Shown here: positions 60,201 through 64,000 of the stretch, in pieces
How the letters are laid out: every line of letters begins with the position of its first letter
Numbering within the stretch: position 1 is the stretch's first letter
IMG/VR virus record: IMGVR_UViG_3300025030_000041
Location: 1 to 64,000 of that record
Reading direction: 5' to 3' (one strand)
DNA length: 64,000 bases
Position numbers and translations under genes: made by a program
The notes under the pieces: model-generated
What the model was told of the DNA's origin: nothing
What the model saw: the letters and a program-made list of their open reading frames with translations, nothing else
Database searches by the model: none

Positions 60201-60848
60201 ATGAAAATATGGTGTATAAGTGATACTCATAATGAGCATAATGAATTAGAAATTCCAAATAATGTTGATATGGTAATTTGCGCAGGAGATGCTGGAACCT
60301 GCCGAAACCCAGCATTAAATGAAGCTCCATTAAAAGACTTTTTTAATTGGTATAAAAATTTACCTATTAAATATAAAGTATATTCTGCTGGAAATCATGA
60401 TACTAGTATAGACACTGGCTTAATTTTAAGAGGAGATATTCCAGAAGAAATTATTTATTTAGAACATGAGTTAAAAGAAATTAGTGGGTTAAATGTATTT
60501 GGTAGTCCATATACTCCATCATTTGGACATGGCTGGGGGTTTAATGTACCAAGAAATAAGCTTAAACCGTATTGGGATGAAATACCTAGTAATACTGATA
60601 TATTAATAACTCATGGACCGCCTAAAGGTATATTAGATTTTACTATTACGACTAATGAGTCAGTCGGGTGTGAATTTTTATATGAAAAGATAATGGAAAT
60701 ACAACCAAAATACCATATATTTGGTCATATTCACGAAGACGGTGGCAAAACTAAAAAAATAGACAATTGTAATACTGAATTTATTAATGCCTCAGTGTTA
60801 AATTTATATTATAGAAAATCAAATAATGGAGTAATTATCGAAATATGA
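60201..60848 (+). CDS. Metallophosphoesterase
   Basis: SDTH, AGD, GNHD, THGPP, GHIHE. Confidence 0.88.
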   Translation: MKIWCISDTHNEHNELEIPNNVDMVICAGDAGTCRNPALNEAPLKDFFNWYKNLPIKYKVYSAGNHDTSIDTGLILRGDIPEEIIYLEHELKEISGLNVFGSPYTPSFGHGWGFNVPRNKLKPYWDEIPSNTDILITHGPPKGILDFTITTNESVGCEFLYEKIMEIQPKYHIFGHIHEDGGKTKKIDNCNTEFINASVLNLYYRKSNNGVIIEI

Positions 60849-61717
60849 AACAGAAAATAATTCAGTTTGACCAAAAACAATTATCTAATTTAATTTCATG
60901 TATAGAATCGTTTAATAAATTAGGTGAAACTACTAAGTTTACATTAAGCCTGGATAAAGATAATGATTATTTAATATTACTATCTGGTACAGGAAAAAAT
61001 TGTGTTAGAACCATTAAATTTAATCTTAATAATTATTCAAGTAACTATATTAAAGACACTAATACTGGATTATTTTCTTCTACTTTAAATCTTAATAAAG
61101 AATCTATAAAGATACTAAACTTTATTAAGAAAACTATGAAAAAGGAATTATTAAATTTTATACTTAATTATGATTCTGATAGTAATGAGCTTAGATTTAT
61201 TTCATTAATATTAGATAGTTCTACTCATAAATTTAATTATAATATTAGTTTAGGATATTCTGAATATTTTCCAATTGATAATCAAAAAATGTTAAATTTT
61301 TTAAATTGGGAAAACCTAAATATAAAAGATTTATATGCCGAACTATTATTAAATGCCGAACATATAAATGATTTAATAGACTCAATAGATATTATAAAAA
61401 CAACAAGAGCCGGAGATGATGATAACGTGATAATTTTATCTATTGACAATAAATTATTATCAGTAAAAGATGAAAAAATTAAATCTGATATAATATTTAA
61501 AAATTTTGATATAAAAACATTTAAGAATGAATCGTTTTCTATTAAAATAAAAATTGATGACTTTATTAAAATTACGGATTGTATTAATAAGTTTAAACTA
61601 CTTGATAAAAACTATATAAAAATAAATATATACAGAAACACTCTTCTTTTAACTTATCAAGATTTATATGACTATAATAATATAGATAATACAATACTAA
61701 GTTCAGTTATTGCATAA
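60845..61717 (+). CDS. Hypothetical protein, possibly sliding-clamp-like
   Basis: Two-fold alpha/beta pattern over 290 aa; weak. Confidence 0.35.
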   Translation: MKQKIIQFDQKQLSNLISCIESFNKLGETTKFTLSLDKDNDYLILLSGTGKNCVRTIKFNLNNYSSNYIKDTNTGLFSSTLNLNKESIKILNFIKKTMKKELLNFILNYDSDSNELRFISLILDSSTHKFNYNISLGYSEYFPIDNQKMLNFLNWENLNIKDLYAELLLNAEHINDLIDSIDIIKTTRAGDDDNVIILSIDNKLLSVKDEKIKSDIIFKNFDIKTFKNESFSIKIKIDDFIKITDCINKFKLLDKNYIKINIYRNTLLLTYQDLYDYNNIDNTILSSVIA

Positions 61718-61719
61718 CT

Positions 61720-62124
61720 ATGAAATTTATAAAAAGTATAAATGATTTTACAAAAAATAAAATTTATTATACATCAAAAAACTTTGTTACATTAAACGGA
61801 TGTACCAATGCTATGACGCAATACCCACTGGGTCTTGGATTCAGCTCTTTTTTTAAAATAGTTAGTGTTAAAGGTAATTCTATTTTTATAACTACCCCAA
61901 CATATTTTTATAATAATGCTATATTTGGTAAATTACATGATTCACCAATTATATTAGACTTCACTCTACTAGAATCTTTAAATATAAAAATAATTGAAAT
62001 TAATAATATCAAGTCTTTTCCTTTTAAATACACAGACCCTGATGGATTTTATATGGCAATTGAATATAACGAACATGAAATGACTAAATTTAAATTAAAA
62101 ACCTTAATTAAATATAAAAAATAA
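61720..62124 (+). CDS. Hypothetical protein
   Basis: ORF track. Confidence 0.6.
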   Translation: MKFIKSINDFTKNKIYYTSKNFVTLNGCTNAMTQYPLGLGFSSFFKIVSVKGNSIFITTPTYFYNNAIFGKLHDSPIILDFTLLESLNIKIIEINNIKSFPFKYTDPDGFYMAIEYNEHEMTKFKLKTLIKYKK

Positions 62125-62133
62125 TTAATTTAA

Positions 62134-62201
62134 TATCAATTAGTTATATTTTTATTTAAAAATAGGTGAAACAAATTAAAGATAAATTAATATATTTGCA
62201 G
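62134..62201 (+). promoter_or_regulatory. Bacteroidota-type promoter with upstream TATCAATTAGTTATAT box
   Basis: TAtaTTTG at 62191-62198; box at 62134-62149. Confidence 0.6.
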
Positions 62202-62236
62202 TATAACAATCATTATTAACTTAAAACAATTAAAAA

Positions 62237-62458
62237 ATGAAAACAAACAAACTGAAAACTGCTGTTAAAGCCGTTGCAAAAGTAACAAAAGGAAGTAGTG
62301 ACGTAGTTCGTAAGATTAAAGTAGGTGATTATACTAAGATTGCTAGAGCGACTGGGTATGACTACAGCCATGTATGGAGAGTTATTAATGGAGAGTCTAG
62401 TAATCCATCAGGAGAAATTATGAAATACACCGCTACGGTTATTAAAAACAGAAAATAG
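62237..62458 (+). CDS. Small HTH DNA-binding protein
   Basis: YTKIARATGYDYSHVWRVING helix-turn-helix. Confidence 0.7.
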   Translation: MKTNKLKTAVKAVAKVTKGSSDVVRKIKVGDYTKIARATGYDYSHVWRVINGESSNPSGEIMKYTATVIKNRK

Positions 62459-62478
62459 TGAGTATTTTTTAAATTTAT

Positions 62479-62511
62479 AAAAATAGCCTAATTTTTAATT
62501 AGGCTATTTTT
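62479..62511 (+). terminator. Intrinsic terminator
   Basis: aaaaatagcctaat...attaggctattttt. Confidence 0.8.
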
Positions 62512-62873
62512 ATTTTAATGCTTATACGTATACCAATAGTTAAATTCAAATGATTATAGAACTAATAATTTTCTTTTTAAAAGTTTGGTCTATTTTATGG
62601 ACTATACTTTTAGTTTTAATAATATATTCTAGTGCTGTGTTAAACTTAAAAAGACTAGAATTTAACCTTAATTTGAAAACCTGTGCGGAATTATCGCTGT
62701 ATATTACTTCAATATACACATGGTTTTTATAAAAAAGATAAAAATACCAACTATTGATTATAAATAGCAAGTTGCAACGGAAACTTAATGGTGTCAAAAA
62801 TGTCATTTCAGAGTATTATCATAGATATTTTCTTTACTACGTTATATATAGGGGTGATTTAAAACTATAAAAA

Positions 62874-63116
62874 ATGATAACAGAAAAAGAATACTTAAAA
62901 GCAAAAATGATTGTTGAAGCATATGAATGTGAGCAATTGAATAAACCTGCTAGTATAAGCCATATGAAGTGCTGCGACAACCAAGATATAGAAATATTTT
63001 ATAAAAACACCAGTAATAAGGATGGGAGTGGAAGAATGGGTGTTACTCATAAGATATTTAAATGCAAGAATTGTGTTATGCAATCGGCTTTTATTTGTCA
63101 AATGTTTAATAATTAA
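62874..63116 (+). CDS. Hypothetical protein, probably cassette-derived
   Basis: EQLNKPASISH resembles the hairpin-encoded QLNISEVSH of the next gene. Confidence 0.55.
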   Translation: MITEKEYLKAKMIVEAYECEQLNKPASISHMKCCDNQDIEIFYKNTSNKDGSGRMGVTHKIFKCKNCVMQSAFICQMFNN

Positions 63117-63141
63117 ATACTTAAAAAATAAAAACAGAATT

Positions 63142-63429
63142 ATGTTAGAAAACGAAAACTTGAATGAACCACAAAAAACGCAATTGAATATAAGTGAGGT
63201 TAGCCACAATTGTATTTGTTGCGGAAAAGAAATAAAGAAACTTGATGGACTGCCAAAAGATAAGGATTGGGAAGGTATGTGGAATGGTGGAATAGTTGAA
63301 AAGATAAGTGCTGGGTATGGCAGTTTACTTGATGGAGATATGTATGTTTTGGCTATATGCGATGACTGTGTAAAGTTGAAACAGCTAAAATACGTTGGTA
63401 ACTATATGTTCCCAGACAATTGTGACTAA
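63142..63429 (+). CDS. Cassette-borne Zn-finger protein (start MLENENL)
   Basis: CICC...CDDC; bounded by gttagccacaattgt (63199) / acaattgtgactaac (63416), 14/15 complementary. Confidence 0.7.
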   Translation: MLENENLNEPQKTQLNISEVSHNCICCGKEIKKLDGLPKDKDWEGMWNGGIVEKISAGYGSLLDGDMYVLAICDDCVKLKQLKYVGNYMFPDNCD

Positions 63430-63554
63430 CTGATGACACTAACAGTCAGGTGGGGATTAAATGCACCGTACTTTCACTTGACGATAAGCTTCATTAGACA
63501 CAAGATAGCTTCAATGTGACACAAGCCCCCACTTGCTGTTATTGTATGTTATGG
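63424..63554 (+). mobile_element. attC-like hairpin
   Basis: gactaac-tgatg-acactaacagtcaggtgggg ... ccccacttgctgttattgt-at-gttatgg. Confidence 0.78.
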
Positions 63555-63675
63555 AGCGTTTATTGCCATCACAAATAATTATAAAAGATAATATGATTTA
63601 ACATTTAAGAATCCTAAAAAGTTAAGCAAAATAAAAATAGTAATCTAAATAAATAAAAAGAAAGGGATTAATTTA

Positions 63676-63996
63676 ATGAAAAAATATGTTAAAATCTTTG
63701 AAGATTTTATAAAAGACTCCGCCAATAATATTTATAATGAAGATTTAACTGAAATTATAGGCTGGCTATTAAAATACGGAAAATCTAAATCTGGAGAATC
63801 TGTAGAAGATGAATTAATTAAATTTAAAAAAGAGTTAAATACTAAAGGCATTGGCCAAGAGACTACTGATTTTTATGAATTAGAACAATACATTAGCAAA
63901 GATGAAAAAATAGTAATTATAGACAGCCTATTTAATATATTTTTAAATTTAAATGATTATTATAGAATTAATATGATAGGTAAAAACATCAGTTAG
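63676..63996 (+). CDS. Late protein with MKKYVKIFEDF leader
   Basis: AATAAATA upstream; shared N-terminal motif. Confidence 0.6.
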   Translation: MKKYVKIFEDFIKDSANNIYNEDLTEIIGWLLKYGKSKSGESVEDELIKFKKELNTKGIGQETTDFYELEQYISKDEKIVIIDSLFNIFLNLNDYYRINMIGKNIS

Positions 63997-64000
63997 CATT

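Noticed and set aside
63022-63141. N-terminal 40 codons of ORF 63022
   Set aside because: Overlaps ORF 62874; the ATG at 63142 with an A-rich leader is the more plausible start.
1-64000. Integrase for the cassette system
   Set aside because: No ORF with tyrosine-recombinase R-H-R-Y motifs was recognised in this window.

Overview
Very AT-rich segment of a large T4-like (jumbo) myovirus genome using standard code 11. The host is probably Bacteroidota, inferred from TAnnTTTG-type promoters and A-rich leaders without Shine-Dalgarno sequences. Core T4-like genes present: DNA ligase, UvsX, gp41 helicase, N-terminal half of PolB, gp46/gp47, primase, UvsY/UvsW, RuvC-like nuclease, late sigma gp55, gp4, gp2, portal gp20 and baseplate-like proteins. 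There are also nucleotide-metabolism genes, a probable DNA-hypermodification cluster and many accessory ORFs. Two systems stand out. (1) An integron-like gene-cassette system: about ten attC-like hairpins (YTAAC-N5-7-arm...arm-N2-3-GTTA) sit at the 5' side of small accessory genes in four or five clusters. The cassette ends are complementary, two arrays start exactly at the end of a duplicated 51-bp promoter platform, and no integrase is present in the window. (2) Fractured core genes: UvsX carries a split intein plus a paralogous contiguous mini-intein only 13 residues away, and the gp41 helicase is split by an atypical intein (32-aa N part) with a free-standing endonuclease between the halves. 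PolB is truncated at the fingers domain and UvsW has a frameshift at an A11 run. All assignments come from reading motifs; no database searches were run.
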